DNA from: Candidatus Latescibacterota bacterium
GTDB taxonomy: Bacteria; Latescibacterota; UBA2968
Assembly: GCA_965205975.1 (NCBI GenBank)
Contig: OZ242195.1
Span: 5,344,001 to 5,408,000, forward strand
DNA length: 64,000 nt
Direction of reading: 5' to 3'
Of this stretch, positions 19,412 through 29,760 are shown piece after piece. How positions within the stretch are numbered: position 1 is the stretch's first letter; each line of letters starts with the position of its first letter. The notes under the pieces were generated by a model. The model did no database searches, was not told the origin of the DNA, and saw only the letters and a list, made by a program, of their open reading frames with translations. The position numbers and the translations under genes are program-made.

Positions 19412-19489
19412 TGAGTTGTGCTTTTGGTGTGACTCAGACCATCTTCCGCCGGGCTGGCAGGCTCTTGAAACGGGAGGTGGTCTTTTTTG
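19412..19489 (+). ncRNA. candidate small RNA
   Basis: TTGACA-N17-TACTTT at 19378-19406, then hairpin GAGTTGTGC/GTGTGACTC and hairpin AGACCATCTTCCG/CGGGAGGTGGTCT followed by a T-tract; G-U pairs work only on the + strand. Confidence 0.45.
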
Positions 19490-19505
19490 TTTGGCGGTCT
19501 ATAAA

Positions 19506-19527
19506 ATTGTTTTACTAATAAAACAAT
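19506..19527. promoter_or_regulatory. palindromic operator candidate upstream of the porin operon
   Basis: ATTGTTTTA-CTAA-TAAAACAAT, perfect 9-bp arms. Confidence 0.45.
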
Positions 19528-19703
19528 CGCCCAATAAATAAAACAAATGTTGGGTATATGTCAACAAGTTTTTTTATTTTTTTCTCAAATTATGATAAGT
19601 CAGATTAATTTAACTTTGGCGATCAACTGAAAAGGGTTGAATTTTCGGGGCAAGTACCTATTATAGCGCAGTGTTTTTTCGATCTCAATGCGAGGAGAGT
19701 TAA

Positions 19704-20681
19704 ATGCCTGATAGATTAAAAGTCGCTGTGATTGGCGCGAGTGGCATTGGGCAGCACCACGCGCGATGGCACCATTTGTCGGGATCTCAGGTGGTGGCTT
19801 TTGTGGGTACTTCGGAAGCGTCGTGTGCAAAGACCCGGGAGCAATTGCAGGCGTATTTTGGATTTGATGGGCGCGCTTATACAGATGTGGCGCAGATGCT
19901 AGCGGCTGAACAGCCCGATGTGGTCGATGTTTCAAGTCCTTTTTATCTGCATAAAGAGCATGCAATTATGGCTCTGGAAAGCGGGTGCCATGTTGTGTGT
20001 GAAAAGCCTTTGTGCTGGGATGTGGGTAGGGATTTGGACGATATTTTGGCAGATGGACGGGCTGTGGTGCGTGCGGCGGATCAGGCGGGTAAGTCTCTGG
20101 TGATGTCCGCACAATATCCCGCGGGGATTTCAGTTTATCGCGATTTTTACACGCGTGTGCGAGGGACATGGGATGCTATTGAATCGCTTGAGATGGAGAT
20201 GGAGGTGAAGGGGCGCGGGGGACCAAAGGCGCGGGAGGATATCTGGATTGATGTGGCTTCCCATCCGTTGAGTTTGGTTCTGGGGTTTTTGCCAGGGGGA
20301 GAAATCGATTGGGCAACGGCTTCGTGTGCAATAGGCGAGCGGGAAAATCGCGCGAGTTTTGAGGTGATTACACCTACAGGACGATGCGATGTGCGGTTTG
20401 TTTTGCGCGATATCGATGAGGGGGTTCCCGTGCGGCAATTTGGCGTCAATGGCTTTTTGGTGAATTGGGAGGGGTTTGCCGATGATGAGGGTATTTATCG
20501 CGCGCGATTGGTCCATGGAGACCAGGCTGTGATTTGCCGCGATTTTATGCATATTTTAATCGATGAATTTGGCGAGCATGTACGAGGGGAAGGTGGACGG
20601 GTTGTTGTTTCTGGTGCGGATGCGTTGAAGAATTTGCAGTATCAAATTGCCCTGTTAAAGCAGGCGGATTGGTCTGTATGA
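19704..20681 (+). CDS. Gfo/Idh/MocA family oxidoreductase
   Basis: VAVIGASGIG, HVVCEKPL, DVASHP. Confidence 0.85.
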   Translation: MPDRLKVAVIGASGIGQHHARWHHLSGSQVVAFVGTSEASCAKTREQLQAYFGFDGRAYTDVAQMLAAEQPDVVDVSSPFYLHKEHAIMALESGCHVVCEKPLCWDVGRDLDDILADGRAVVRAADQAGKSLVMSAQYPAGISVYRDFYTRVRGTWDAIESLEMEMEVKGRGGPKAREDIWIDVASHPLSLVLGFLPGGEIDWATASCAIGERENRASFEVITPTGRCDVRFVLRDIDEGVPVRQFGVNGFLVNWEGFADDEGIYRARLVHGDQAVICRDFMHILIDEFGEHVRGEGGRVVVSGADALKNLQYQIALLKQADWSV

Positions 20682-21427
20682 GTGCGCGTTCAGACATTGG
20701 GGTGGTGATTACCGCGCACAATTACGGTCATTATCTCGCCGCGTGTTTGGAATCGGTTTTGTCACAGACGCTTTTGCCCCGTCAGGTACTGGTGGTTGAC
20801 GATGCGAGTGAAGACAATACGGCAGATGTTGTCGCATCATTTTCCGATGTACAGTATTGTCGCGTGGATTTTCGCAATGGCAACCGCGCTCGGAATTTTG
20901 GGTTTTTGAAGGTTTCGACTGCTTATGTTGCGTTTTTCGATGCGGATAATGTGATGATGCCGCGCTTTTTAGAGGTGCTTTACTGTGCGTTGCAAGAGGT
21001 TCCCCACGCGGCTTATGCTTATGGCGATCGCATTGTGTTTGCCGATGGCGATTTACAGCAGGGTGATCGCGAGGTGTCTGGTCCGTTTGATGTGCGGCGA
21101 TTGCGCGCTGGAAATTATATCGATCTCGCCGCGGTGATTCGAGCTGATAGTTTTCCCGGATTCGATCCCGCTGTGCGCCGATATCAGGATTGGGATTTGT
21201 GGCTGAATATCGCGCTTAAACAGGGGGGAATCGGGCAGTATGTGCCCGAGGCATTATATTATTATCGGGTGCATCCGCACAGTGTAAGCCAGCGCGAAGA
21301 TAGGGATCGGGCGATGTGGCGTATTCGCAGAAAATACCATCTCGGATGGGGCGCGCTACCCCTGCTGCGCCATTCTTTCAAGCTCTATCAATTCGCGCGG
21401 AAGACGAAGTCGTTTTGGACGGGGTGA
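20678..21427 (+). CDS. glycosyltransferase family 2
   Basis: VVITAHN, VVDDAS, ARNFG, FFDAD, QDWDLW. Confidence 0.88.
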   Translation: MSARSDIGVVITAHNYGHYLAACLESVLSQTLLPRQVLVVDDASEDNTADVVASFSDVQYCRVDFRNGNRARNFGFLKVSTAYVAFFDADNVMMPRFLEVLYCALQEVPHAAYAYGDRIVFADGDLQQGDREVSGPFDVRRLRAGNYIDLAAVIRADSFPGFDPAVRRYQDWDLWLNIALKQGGIGQYVPEALYYYRVHPHSVSQREDRDRAMWRIRRKYHLGWGALPLLRHSFKLYQFARKTKSFWTG

Positions 21428-21459
21428 GCGGTTGGAGGGAACTTCTGATCGCTGCCATC

Positions 21460-21488
21460 TTGACATGATGCGGTGTAGGCGTTACTTT
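21460..21488 (+). promoter_or_regulatory. sigma70-type promoter of sucA
   Basis: TTGACA-N17-TACTTT ending about 50 bp upstream of the sucA ATG. Confidence 0.5.
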
Positions 21489-21541
21489 TTCCGGGTGTGT
21501 ACATATATTTAATAAAGGCATTTAGAAAAGTGGAGATTGCC

Positions 21542-24343
21542 ATGTCATTCGATATTGCTGCTATTGCAAATGCCGATTATATCGACGCGATGTATGAGAA
21601 ATACAAACAAGACCCAGATCTGGTGGATGAAAGATGGCATATATTTTTTGCGGGTTTTGATTTGGGGTTGCAACGCGATGGCGCCGACATGACTTCAGAA
21701 CCGTCAGGTGAAAGTCAGACTGAGGAAGATGTCATGGCGTTTCTCGATGCTTATGACTCTTTGGAAGATTACGCACGCACGGATTTAGCCCGGCTTCAAG
21801 GGGCTATGGCTCTGGTCAATGCGTATCGCACCTGGGGGCACATGATCGCCGATATTGCGCCGATGAGTTATACGCGCCCACCGTATCCGCTGTTGGAGTT
21901 GTCCGAATACGGCTTTACAGAAGAGGATCTGGACTACGAAGTCGGAAATGGCGGATTTCTCGGTCCTACGGATGGTACGTTGCGCGATCTCGTGACAAAG
22001 CTCAGGCAAACTTACTGCGGTTCTGTGGCGGTAGAATATACCGATATTCCGTATAAGAGCCAGCACGAGTGGCTGGAACAGCGCATGGAGCCGATATTAA
22101 ATCGGCCAAAATTTAGCGCGGAACAATGCCGAGACCTGCTGAGACAATTGATCGAGGCACAGGAATTTGAACAATTTTTGCATGTTAAATATATCGGCAG
22201 AAAGCGATTTTCTATTGAAGGCGGCGAGGTACTTATCCCGATGTTGCACGCGCTTATTGAAATGGGAGCTGCGTTAAATGTTCAGGAAATGGTGATGGGG
22301 ATGGCGCATCGGGGCAGGCTCAATGTGCTCTCGCATATTATGCAAAAACCCTATCCTGAGATATTCAGTGAATTTGAGGGCGTTGAGGTGGGGCGCTCTG
22401 AGGGGTCGGGCGATGTAAAATACCACATGGGGTTCGCCCATGAGTATGTCACGCGCGATGGTCACACGGTGCATTTGGGTTTGACGCCCAATCCGAGTCA
22501 CCTCGAATTGGTCAATCCCGTGATTGAGGGCATTGTTTGCACAAAGCAAGAGACAAAAGGCGATGTTCAGCACGAGCATATCGTACCATTGATCATTCAC
22601 GGCGATGCCGCTTTTGCCGGGCAGGGCATTGTGCCTGAGACGATTTGCTTGTCCCATCTGGATGGCTATGATAATGGGGGTACGATTCACATTGTTGTGA
22701 ATAACCAGATCGGTTTTACTGCGTTGCCCCGGGAGTCCCGTTTTACAGCGTATCCAACAGATGTGGCGAAGATTGTTAAGATGCCCATTTTTCACGTCAA
22801 TGCCGATGATCCCGAAGCTGTGGTACACGCGGCGCGTACGGCGATGGCTTATCGCCAGGCGGTGAAAAATGATGTGATTATCGACCTGTGGTGTTATCGC
22901 CGATATGGCCACAATGAATCCGATGATCCAGCTTTTACACAGCCCCTGCAATCTGCTGAAATCGCCGGGCATCCAACGGTTGTCGATCTGTATTCGAGGC
23001 GTTTGATTGAGCAAAATATCGCAACAGAAGATGATGTCGATGCGATGAAGCAGGCTGTGCGCGAGAAACTCGAGGCGGCATTTGTCGATGCGAAAAATCA
23101 AAAGACAAAACCGCGCGAGCCAACATTTGGGGGCGCGTGGAAGGGGTTTGGGAAGGCGGGCGCAGATCGCACGGCAAAAACCGCGGTGAGCAGAGAGATA
23201 TTGATTGATATTGCCGAAAAGGCGACGACGGTGCCTGCGGAATTTAACGCTTATCGCAAATTGATGCGCCAACTCGATTACCGCATGCAAATGGTCCACG
23301 GCAAGGTGGGTATAGACTGGGGCTGCGCGGAGATGCTCGCATTTGGCAGTTTGTTGGTCGATGGGTTCCCGGTGCGATTGGCCGGGCAAGATTCTCAGCG
23401 GGGGACATTTAGCCACAGGCAAGCGGTGTGGCACGATATCGAAAATGGCGCGATTTATTCACCGCTGAACCATCTATCGGATGATCAGGGTGGTTTCAGG
23501 GTCTATAATACGATGCTTTCGGAATTGGCGGTGCTGGGCTTTGAGTTTGGCGTGAGTTATGCCAATCCCAATAAATTGACGATCTGGGAGGCCCAGTTTG
23601 GCGATTTTGCCAATGGCGCGCAGATGATTATCGATCAGTTTATTTCCAGTTCTGAGGCCAAATGGCAAAAGATGAGCGGGCTGGTGATGCTGTTGCCACA
23701 CGGGTTTGAAGGCCAGGGGCCAGAGCATTCGAGCGCGCGGTTAGAACGTTTTCAAGCATTGTGTGCCGAAGACAATATGCAGGTGGGCTGTCCCACGTTG
23801 CCCGCGCAGTATTTTCATTTGCTGCGTCGCCAGATGCTGCGCGCATTTCGCAAGCCTCTCGTTTTGATGATGCCAAAGAGTTTGTTGCGGCTCAAAGAAT
23901 CAACCTCAACGCTCGAGGATTTGTCCGAGGGGGCGTTTTATCCCGTTTTAGACGATCCCGCACAGCCCGATCCCAGTGGGGTGAAGCGCGTTGTTTTTTG
24001 TACGGGAAAGGTTTTTTTTGATCTTAAAGAAGGGCGGGACAAAAAGGGCGAGGAACGGCTCGCACTGGTGCGGATTGAGGAGCACTATCCCTTTCCGTGG
24101 GATGAGGTGGGTGCTATACTTGAAAAATACGGCGATGCGGATATTTTTTGGGGACAAGAAGAGCCGCAAAATATGGGTAGTTGGGATTTTATGGAGCCAA
24201 AACTCCGCCGATTGCTCGATAACAAAGAGCCAGTGCGCTATCTGGGACGAAAGCCCACGGCTGCAACGGCCACGGGTATTCAGTCGGTGCATTTGGCCGA
24301 ACAGCAAGAGATCGTGGAGATGGCTTTACGAATAGACGAATAG
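21542..24343 (+). CDS. sucA: 2-oxoglutarate dehydrogenase E1
   Basis: KRFSIEG, GMAHRGRLN, DVKYHMG, NPSHLE, HGDAAFAGQG, YRRYGHNE, WEAQFGDF, GQGPEHSSAR. Confidence 0.97.
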   Translation: MSFDIAAIANADYIDAMYEKYKQDPDLVDERWHIFFAGFDLGLQRDGADMTSEPSGESQTEEDVMAFLDAYDSLEDYARTDLARLQGAMALVNAYRTWGHMIADIAPMSYTRPPYPLLELSEYGFTEEDLDYEVGNGGFLGPTDGTLRDLVTKLRQTYCGSVAVEYTDIPYKSQHEWLEQRMEPILNRPKFSAEQCRDLLRQLIEAQEFEQFLHVKYIGRKRFSIEGGEVLIPMLHALIEMGAALNVQEMVMGMAHRGRLNVLSHIMQKPYPEIFSEFEGVEVGRSEGSGDVKYHMGFAHEYVTRDGHTVHLGLTPNPSHLELVNPVIEGIVCTKQETKGDVQHEHIVPLIIHGDAAFAGQGIVPETICLSHLDGYDNGGTIHIVVNNQIGFTALPRESRFTAYPTDVAKIVKMPIFHVNADDPEAVVHAARTAMAYRQAVKNDVIIDLWCYRRYGHNESDDPAFTQPLQSAEIAGHPTVVDLYSRRLIEQNIATEDDVDAMKQAVREKLEAAFVDAKNQKTKPREPTFGGAWKGFGKAGADRTAKTAVSREILIDIAEKATTVPAEFNAYRKLMRQLDYRMQMVHGKVGIDWGCAEMLAFGSLLVDGFPVRLAGQDSQRGTFSHRQAVWHDIENGAIYSPLNHLSDDQGGFRVYNTMLSELAVLGFEFGVSYANPNKLTIWEAQFGDFANGAQMIIDQFISSSEAKWQKMSGLVMLLPHGFEGQGPEHSSARLERFQALCAEDNMQVGCPTLPAQYFHLLRRQMLRAFRKPLVLMMPKSLLRLKESTSTLEDLSEGAFYPVLDDPAQPDPSGVKRVVFCTGKVFFDLKEGRDKKGEERLALVRIEEHYPFPWDEVGAILEKYGDADIFWGQEEPQNMGSWDFMEPKLRRLLDNKEPVRYLGRKPTAATATGIQSVHLAEQQEIVEMALRIDE

Positions 24344-24424
24344 ACGAATAGACGAATAGACGAATGGAAATACATGCTGGTTTTGGGTGGGTGGGGTTCG
24401 TTGATTCGTTGATTCGTTGATTCG
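24328..24424. repeat. octamer tandem arrays (GACGAATA)n and inverted (TTCGTTGA)n
   Basis: About five forward units then about three and a half reverse-complement-like units; contains the sucA stop. Confidence 0.8.
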
Positions 24425-24453
24425 CTTGTAGTTGCTTTTAAGGAGGCGCGTAC

Positions 24454-25659
24454 ATGCCTGTTGATGTGGTTTTGCCCGAATTGGGAGAGTCGGTGACCGA
24501 TGCCATTCTGGTCGAGTGGTTGAAATCGGATGGCGAGGCCGTGACGGTGGATGAACCTTTGGCGGTTATTGAAACGGATAAAGCCGATGTCGAGTTGCCC
24601 GCGCCTTCGGCGGGTGTGTTGCATACACTGAAGGCCGATGGGGATACGATTGAGGTCGGCGAGACCATTGCCACAATCGATGAGGATGGCAAAGCCGTTT
24701 CAAAGGTTGAAGTATCGGAGAAGGTCGATACGCCTGTAGAGGCCGATGGTTTGAGTCCGGCAGTGCGTCGGTTGGTGACAGAGCACGATCTCGATCCCAC
24801 GGCGATTACGGGTACGGGGAAAGACGAGCGGTTGACCAAAGAAGATGTGCTGGCGTATCTCGATTCAGGGGCCGATCCGCCCGTTTCTGAAACTGATGAA
24901 GAGCCACAAAAGGCACAAAAATCACAAAAGGTCTCAGCACCGGCTCTCGCTTCTTCCAGCGAGAGCGAGCGGCGCGAGCCTATGAGCCATATTCGTACGC
25001 GCATTGCCGAGCGTCTGGTTTCTGCACAGCAGACAGCGGCGATGTTGACGACGTTTAATGAAGTAGATATGAGCGGTATTTTTGATTTGCGCGCGAAATA
25101 CAAAGAGATGTTTGCAGATGTACACGGCATATCCCTGGGTTTGATGTCCTTTTTTGTTCGCGCCTGTGTTATTGCTTTGCAGGAATATCCCGATGTCAAT
25201 GCCAGTATCGATGGTTCTGATATTGTCTATCGCGATTATGTCAATATGGGTATTGCTGTGGGTACTGATCGCGGTCTTGTCGTGCCTGTTTTGAAGTCGG
25301 CAGAGCGCATGTCTTTTGCCACTGTTGAGTCTGAAATTAAGCGCGTGGCGCTCTCTGCGCGAGAAGGCAAGTTGGGGTTGGATGAGTTGAGCGGGGGCAC
25401 GTTTACAATTACCAATGGCGGGGTGTTTGGGTCGCTGTTGTCAACGCCTATTCTCAATCCGCCTCAGACGGGTATTTTGGGTATGCACGCGATTCAGAAT
25501 CGGCCCGTTGCCGTGGGGGATGAGGTGGTTGTTCGCCCGATGATGTATCTGGCATTGACTTATGATCACCGCCTGATTGACGGTCAGACTTCGGTCACAT
25601 TCCTGGTTCGCGTAAAAGACTTGCTTGAAGATCCCGCGCGTATGATGCTGGAAGTGTGA
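24454..25659 (+). CDS. sucB: dihydrolipoamide succinyltransferase E2
   Basis: Lipoyl ETDKA, SPAVRRL binding domain, [16 protein letters not shown]. Confidence 0.97.
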   Translation: MPVDVVLPELGESVTDAILVEWLKSDGEAVTVDEPLAVIETDKADVELPAPSAGVLHTLKADGDTIEVGETIATIDEDGKAVSKVEVSEKVDTPVEADGLSPAVRRLVTEHDLDPTAITGTGKDERLTKEDVLAYLDSGADPPVSETDEEPQKAQKSQKVSAPALASSSESERREPMSHIRTRIAERLVSAQQTAAMLTTFNEVDMSGIFDLRAKYKEMFADVHGISLGLMSFFVRACVIALQEYPDVNASIDGSDIVYRDYVNMGIAVGTDRGLVVPVLKSAERMSFATVESEIKRVALSAREGKLGLDELSGGTFTITNGGVFGSLLSTPILNPPQTGILGMHAIQNRPVAVGDEVVVRPMMYLALTYDHRLIDGQTSVTFLVRVKDLLEDPARMMLEV

Positions 25660-25680
25660 TCCGCAGATGACGGATAAACC

Positions 25681-25706
25681 GTAGGGGCGATCCCTCGTGG
25701 GCGCCC
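25681..25706. repeat. GTAG-type REP-like palindrome
   Basis: GTAGGGGCGATCCCTCGTGGGCGCCC. Confidence 0.55.
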
Positions 25707-25736
25707 GAATTTTTTACCGATTTTGAGGAGCCTCTC

Positions 25737-27122
25737 GTGGCAGATAATACATTCGATCTCATTGTTATTGGTGCCGGTCCGGGAGGGTATGTCGCGGCGA
25801 TTCGTGCGGCGCAGTTGGGCATGCGCGTGGCATGTGTTGAGAAACAGGCGTTGGGTGGCACATGTCTGAATGTGGGCTGTATTCCGAGTAAAGCCCTTTT
25901 GGAATCGAGTGAGTTGTTTCATCAGGCAGAGTCTTCGTTGGGTATTCACGGTGTGAAGACCGGTGGTGTGGAACTGGATTTGAAGGGTATGATGAAGCGC
26001 AAGTCCGGTATTGTGCTGAGGATGACGGGTGGTATTCGCGGTCTGTTTCGCAAGAATAATGTGACGCATATTGCGGGGCTGGGGCGGTTGGCTGGCGATG
26101 GAAAGGTCGATGTTGAGGGGGATATTTATTCGGCAGAGCGCATTTTGATCGCTACGGGTAGTTCTGCTATTGAGTTGCCCAATTTGCCTTATGACGGTGA
26201 GTATGTGATTAGTTCTACCGAGGCGTTGGCACTGGATGAGGTGCCCGAGAAGATGATTGTTATTGGCGCAGGTGCGATCGGTCTCGAGCTGGGGTCGGTG
26301 TGGCGTCGTCTGGGTGCAGAGGTGCATGTGGTGGAATTTTTGGATGGGATTACGCCGACGATGGACCGCGAATTGTCCCTCGGTTTGCAGAAGGTGCTGG
26401 AGAAGCAGGGGCTGAAGTTTTCGTTTGAGACGCGCGCGGAGTCGGCCGAGGTTCGCGATGGGAAGGTGATTGTGACTCTCGCACAGGGCGATGAGACGAC
26501 CTCTGAGACATGTGACCGATTGTTGGTCGCTGTTGGGCGAAGACCAAATACCGATGGGCTGGGTGGCGAAGATGTGGGGTTGGAGATGGATGACCAGGGA
26601 CGCATTCTGGTCGATGACGTATTTGAGACAAATTTGCCCGGTGTCTATGCAATTGGCGATGTGATTCCCGGTCCGATGCTGGCGCACAAGGCAGAGGAAG
26701 AGGGTGTGGCTGCGGTGGAATATATGGCGGGGAAGGCGGGGCATGTGAATTATGACGCGATTCCCAATGTGGTGTACACGCATCCAGAACTGGCATCGGT
26801 GGGCTTGACAGAGGAGCAGGTTGTGGCGGATGGCATTCCCTATAAGGTGGGTAAGTTTCCAATAGCTGCCAATGGTCGCGCGCATACATTACAAGCGGTG
26901 GATGGACTGGTGAAGATTATTGCCCACGAAAAGACGGATCGCGTGTTGGGTATTCACATTTTGGCCGCACGTGCGTCCGATATGCTCGCCGAGGGGGTTC
27001 TGGCAATGGAATTTTCCGCGAGCGCAGAGGATATTGCGCGAACAATGCACGCGCATCCCACGCTTCCAGAGGCTCTGAAGGAGGCCGCGCTGAATGTGGA
27101 GGATGAGGCGATTCATATTTGA
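25737..27122 (+). CDS. lpdA: dihydrolipoyl dehydrogenase E3
   Basis: GAGPGG, GGTCLNVGCIPSK, GAGAIGLE, MLAHKA, HAHPTLPE. Confidence 0.97.
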   Translation: MADNTFDLIVIGAGPGGYVAAIRAAQLGMRVACVEKQALGGTCLNVGCIPSKALLESSELFHQAESSLGIHGVKTGGVELDLKGMMKRKSGIVLRMTGGIRGLFRKNNVTHIAGLGRLAGDGKVDVEGDIYSAERILIATGSSAIELPNLPYDGEYVISSTEALALDEVPEKMIVIGAGAIGLELGSVWRRLGAEVHVVEFLDGITPTMDRELSLGLQKVLEKQGLKFSFETRAESAEVRDGKVIVTLAQGDETTSETCDRLLVAVGRRPNTDGLGGEDVGLEMDDQGRILVDDVFETNLPGVYAIGDVIPGPMLAHKAEEEGVAAVEYMAGKAGHVNYDAIPNVVYTHPELASVGLTEEQVVADGIPYKVGKFPIAANGRAHTLQAVDGLVKIIAHEKTDRVLGIHILAARASDMLAEGVLAMEFSASAEDIARTMHAHPTLPEALKEAALNVEDEAIHI

Positions 27123-27264
27123 AAAAAGAGATTTCAAGCGGGGAGACCGCCTCAGCCGTCGATTGCGTCTGGTGGAACAGCAGATTGAAAAACTCTATGA
27201 AACTTTGTAAGTCATATTGTCAGTTATCCCGCTTTTAGTAATGGTTTTTACAAACGCTTGTTAA

Positions 27265-27306
27265 GAAAAAAAATACCGCAACAAACCGCTGCGGTGTTTT
27301 GTTTTT
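27265..27306. terminator. bidirectional intrinsic terminator
   Basis: A-tract, ATACCGCA/TGCGGTGT stem, T-tract. Confidence 0.65.
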
Positions 27307-27323
27307 AGACTGTTTTGCCCCGT

Positions 27324-27629
27324 TTATTCCAGATCTTTGAGGGGTATTGAAAGGGCGTCTCGAAGGATTTTGCCGGGTTTGAACCCGACTTTGCGTCGCG
27401 CAGGCACATAGACTTCTTCACCCGTTCGGGGATTGCGTGCGCGAGGACGGGCATTGGTGCGTTTGACTTCCCAGCTTCCAAAGCCTCGAATTTCGATCCG
27501 TTCACCTTCGATGATGGCTTCTGCAAGAGTTTCAAAGAGTACATCTACAGCCTGTTTCGCCATCGTGTTTTTGCAATCAATTTCATCTGAAAGTATTTTT
27601 GCCAGGTCTGCTTTGGTTATGGTTTGCAC
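27324..27629 (-). CDS. HU/IHF family DNA-binding protein
   Basis: ITKADL, IEIRGFGS, ARNPRTGE, FKPGK. Confidence 0.92.
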   Translation of the reverse strand: MQTITKADLAKILSDEIDCKNTMAKQAVDVLFETLAEAIIEGERIEIRGFGSWEVKRTNARPRARNPRTGEEVYVPARRKVGFKPGKILRDALSIPLKDLE

Positions 27630-27769
27630 TCGTTACCCCTCCACAAAAAATACCAAACGCATTGAACAATTTTATAAAATAAGGCGTTTCAGGCGATTAT
27701 CCAGAAAATAATAAAGTGATTTTTCACAAAAAAACGGCGACCTCGCTGGATGGCCACCGCGATGATTTA

Positions 27770-27846
27770 TGGTGGGCGCACAGGGACTCGAACCCCGGAC
27801 CAACGGATTATGAGTCCGTCGCTCTAACCAACTGAGCTATGCGCCC
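27770..27846 (-). tRNA. tRNA with CAT anticodon, probably tRNA-Ile2 (lysidine)
   Basis: GGGCGCA acceptor stem, TAGCTCAGTTGGTTAGAGC D-arm, loop CTCATAA, GGTTCGAGTCC, encoded CCA; paired G1-C72 argues against fMet. Confidence 0.92.
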
Positions 27847-27934
27847 CAAATTCAGTTTGACTAATTTAACCTGAGAAGGAAAGATAAGGAATAACAATGA
27901 GTTGTGCAACTGAAAATTGGATACCTTATGAAAG

Positions 27935-29707
27935 TCATTTTGGCTCTACCATCGCTTTGCGCTGGGCGGTGAGGTGGCGGTGTTTTTCCAGTGTGGCGCG
28001 CAGGTCGTCGGGAGAAAGCGGTTGGCGCAATTGCTTTTCGATTAGTTCGATTTCGCTTTCGAGACTTTTGAGCTGGAACTTGTGCATATAATCTTGAATG
28101 GGAACATCGATGTTGGGATTCTCAATGCCAATTTCCAGAGATAGGTGGGTCAATATGCGGCACAAGCGATCATCGTCGCACTGATTGATGAGGTGTGCGA
28201 TCTCGATGGGTTGTTTCTGCTGTCGGTTGCGGGCAATCATGGTGGCGATTTGCCGGTAGGTACTATTTGTAAAATTGTCGGGAGAAATTTGATTGAATAC
28301 GCTATCGGCAGTTTCGGGGTGCTGCATCAGGAAGGTGAGCAATTCGCGCTCGGAACGTGGCCGCGTATCATAAGATTCGGGTTCTGGTTGTCCATTTTTC
28401 GGTCTTGTGGTGCGGCGTTGTGTTTGAGCAATGCTGATGAGGGTTTCTTCATCTATCCCGATTTTTTCGGCGATGTCTTTGATGACAAGCTGTTTGAGCG
28501 CGTTGTCTTTGATGCGTCCAACGAGTTCGGCAAATGCGTTTGCTGTTCGGGTTTTGCCATCTATGGTTGAGAGGTCGTCGCGTTGGGCAAATTGTTCCAT
28601 GAGGAAGTCGATGGCGGGTGCGGCGTTTTCGGTGAGGCGCAGAAGGCCATCGGATCCCTGGGCGCGTACATAACTGTCGGGGTCGTGGTCTTCGGGTAGT
28701 GTGACAACGCGGACTTCGAGGCCCACTTCAAAGAGCGATCCGATACCGCGCATTGCAGCGGTTGCACCGGCGGTGTCGCCGTCAAAGATGAGTATGGTTT
28801 TGGGTGCGTAACGCCTGAGCAGGCGCGCCTGGTCGGTTGTGAGTGCTGTGCCAGAGGATGCGACCGCGTTTTCAATATTATATTGTGCAAGGGCAATGAG
28901 GTCCATATAACCTTCAACAACGAGTGCTACACCTGCATCGCGGATGGCATCTCTATTGCGCCACAAGCCGTACAGGGTGGCACTTTTGTTGTACACAGGG
29001 GTTTCTGGAGAGTTGATGTATTTGGCCTGCTCGTTGGGGTCGAGGGCGCGCGCGCCAAAGGCGACGGGGCGACCTGTGGCGGCGTGAATGGGGAAGGTGA
29101 TGCGATTGCGAAAGCGGTCGTAAAAACCACCTCCTGTTTGCCTTTGTGAGACCAGACCGGCGCGTTCGAGTATTTGCGGAGAGAATTTCCGACGGGTGGC
29201 GACTTGCAAGAAGCCATCCCATTGATCGGGCGCGTAACCGAGGGAAAAGGCATCGATTACGTCGCGGTTTATGCCGCGATTTTCGAGGTATGCCATTGCA
29301 TCGGCGGCTTTCTCGTCCTGTGTGAGCAGGTGATGAAAATATTTGACTGCGAGTTCATTGGCGCGGTAGAGTTGGTCAAATACTTCCTGCTGGTCCGGGT
29401 CTGCCGGCTTTGCATCGGGCAGGGCTATGCCCGCGCGGTCGGCGAGTTGGCGAACGGCTTCGATAAAGCTGATGTTTTCTATGTCGCGCAGAAATGTAAA
29501 GCTGTTGCCGCCCGCACCGCAGGCGAAACACTTGTAGATCTGTTTTTCCTGCGAGACGTTTAGGGAGGGTGTGGAATCGTCGTGGAAGGGACACAGGCCG
29601 ACAAAGCTTTTGCCCCGGCGGGTCAGCGCAACGTGATCGCCCACAACATCGACAATGTCGATAGACAGGCGCACTTGATCGATGACAGTTTCTGGAATGC
29701 GCGGCAT
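27935..29707 (-). CDS. dnaG: DNA primase
   Basis: CPFH..CFAC zinc finger, DRFRNR, KYINSPET, VEGYMD, FDGDTAG, DPD. Confidence 0.97.
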   Translation of the reverse strand: MPRIPETVIDQVRLSIDIVDVVGDHVALTRRGKSFVGLCPFHDDSTPSLNVSQEKQIYKCFACGAGGNSFTFLRDIENISFIEAVRQLADRAGIALPDAKPADPDQQEVFDQLYRANELAVKYFHHLLTQDEKAADAMAYLENRGINRDVIDAFSLGYAPDQWDGFLQVATRRKFSPQILERAGLVSQRQTGGGFYDRFRNRITFPIHAATGRPVAFGARALDPNEQAKYINSPETPVYNKSATLYGLWRNRDAIRDAGVALVVEGYMDLIALAQYNIENAVASSGTALTTDQARLLRRYAPKTILIFDGDTAGATAAMRGIGSLFEVGLEVRVVTLPEDHDPDSYVRAQGSDGLLRLTENAAPAIDFLMEQFAQRDDLSTIDGKTRTANAFAELVGRIKDNALKQLVIKDIAEKIGIDEETLISIAQTQRRTTRPKNGQPEPESYDTRPRSERELLTFLMQHPETADSVFNQISPDNFTNSTYRQIATMIARNRQQKQPIEIAHLINQCDDDRLCRILTHLSLEIGIENPNIDVPIQDYMHKFQLKSLESEIELIEKQLRQPLSPDDLRATLEKHRHLTAQRKAMVEPK

Positions 29708-29760
29708 GTAAGGAACTCCCTGGGGAGAGGGAGGCTGTAAATAGGTGTTGTAAGCTAATT

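Noticed and set aside
24328..24424. CRISPR-like repeats
   Set aside because: Contiguous 8-mer tandem units with no unique spacers
22274..26885. Long antisense ORFs (386, 253 and 433 aa) over sucA, sucB and lpdA; similar ones over ispG, the PorX-like gene and others
   Set aside because: Shadow ORFs opposite well-conserved genes, with no recognisable motifs
27103..27210. 35-aa ORF MRRFIFEK...IEKLYETL overlapping the lpdA end
   Set aside because: The RBS-like sequence abuts the ATG with no spacing and no family is recognised; cannot be supported
27770..27846. tRNA as an integration site, or as initiator tRNA
   Set aside because: No integrase or duplicated 3' end seen nearby; the G1-C72 pair and lack of three consecutive G-C anticodon-stem pairs argue against fMet
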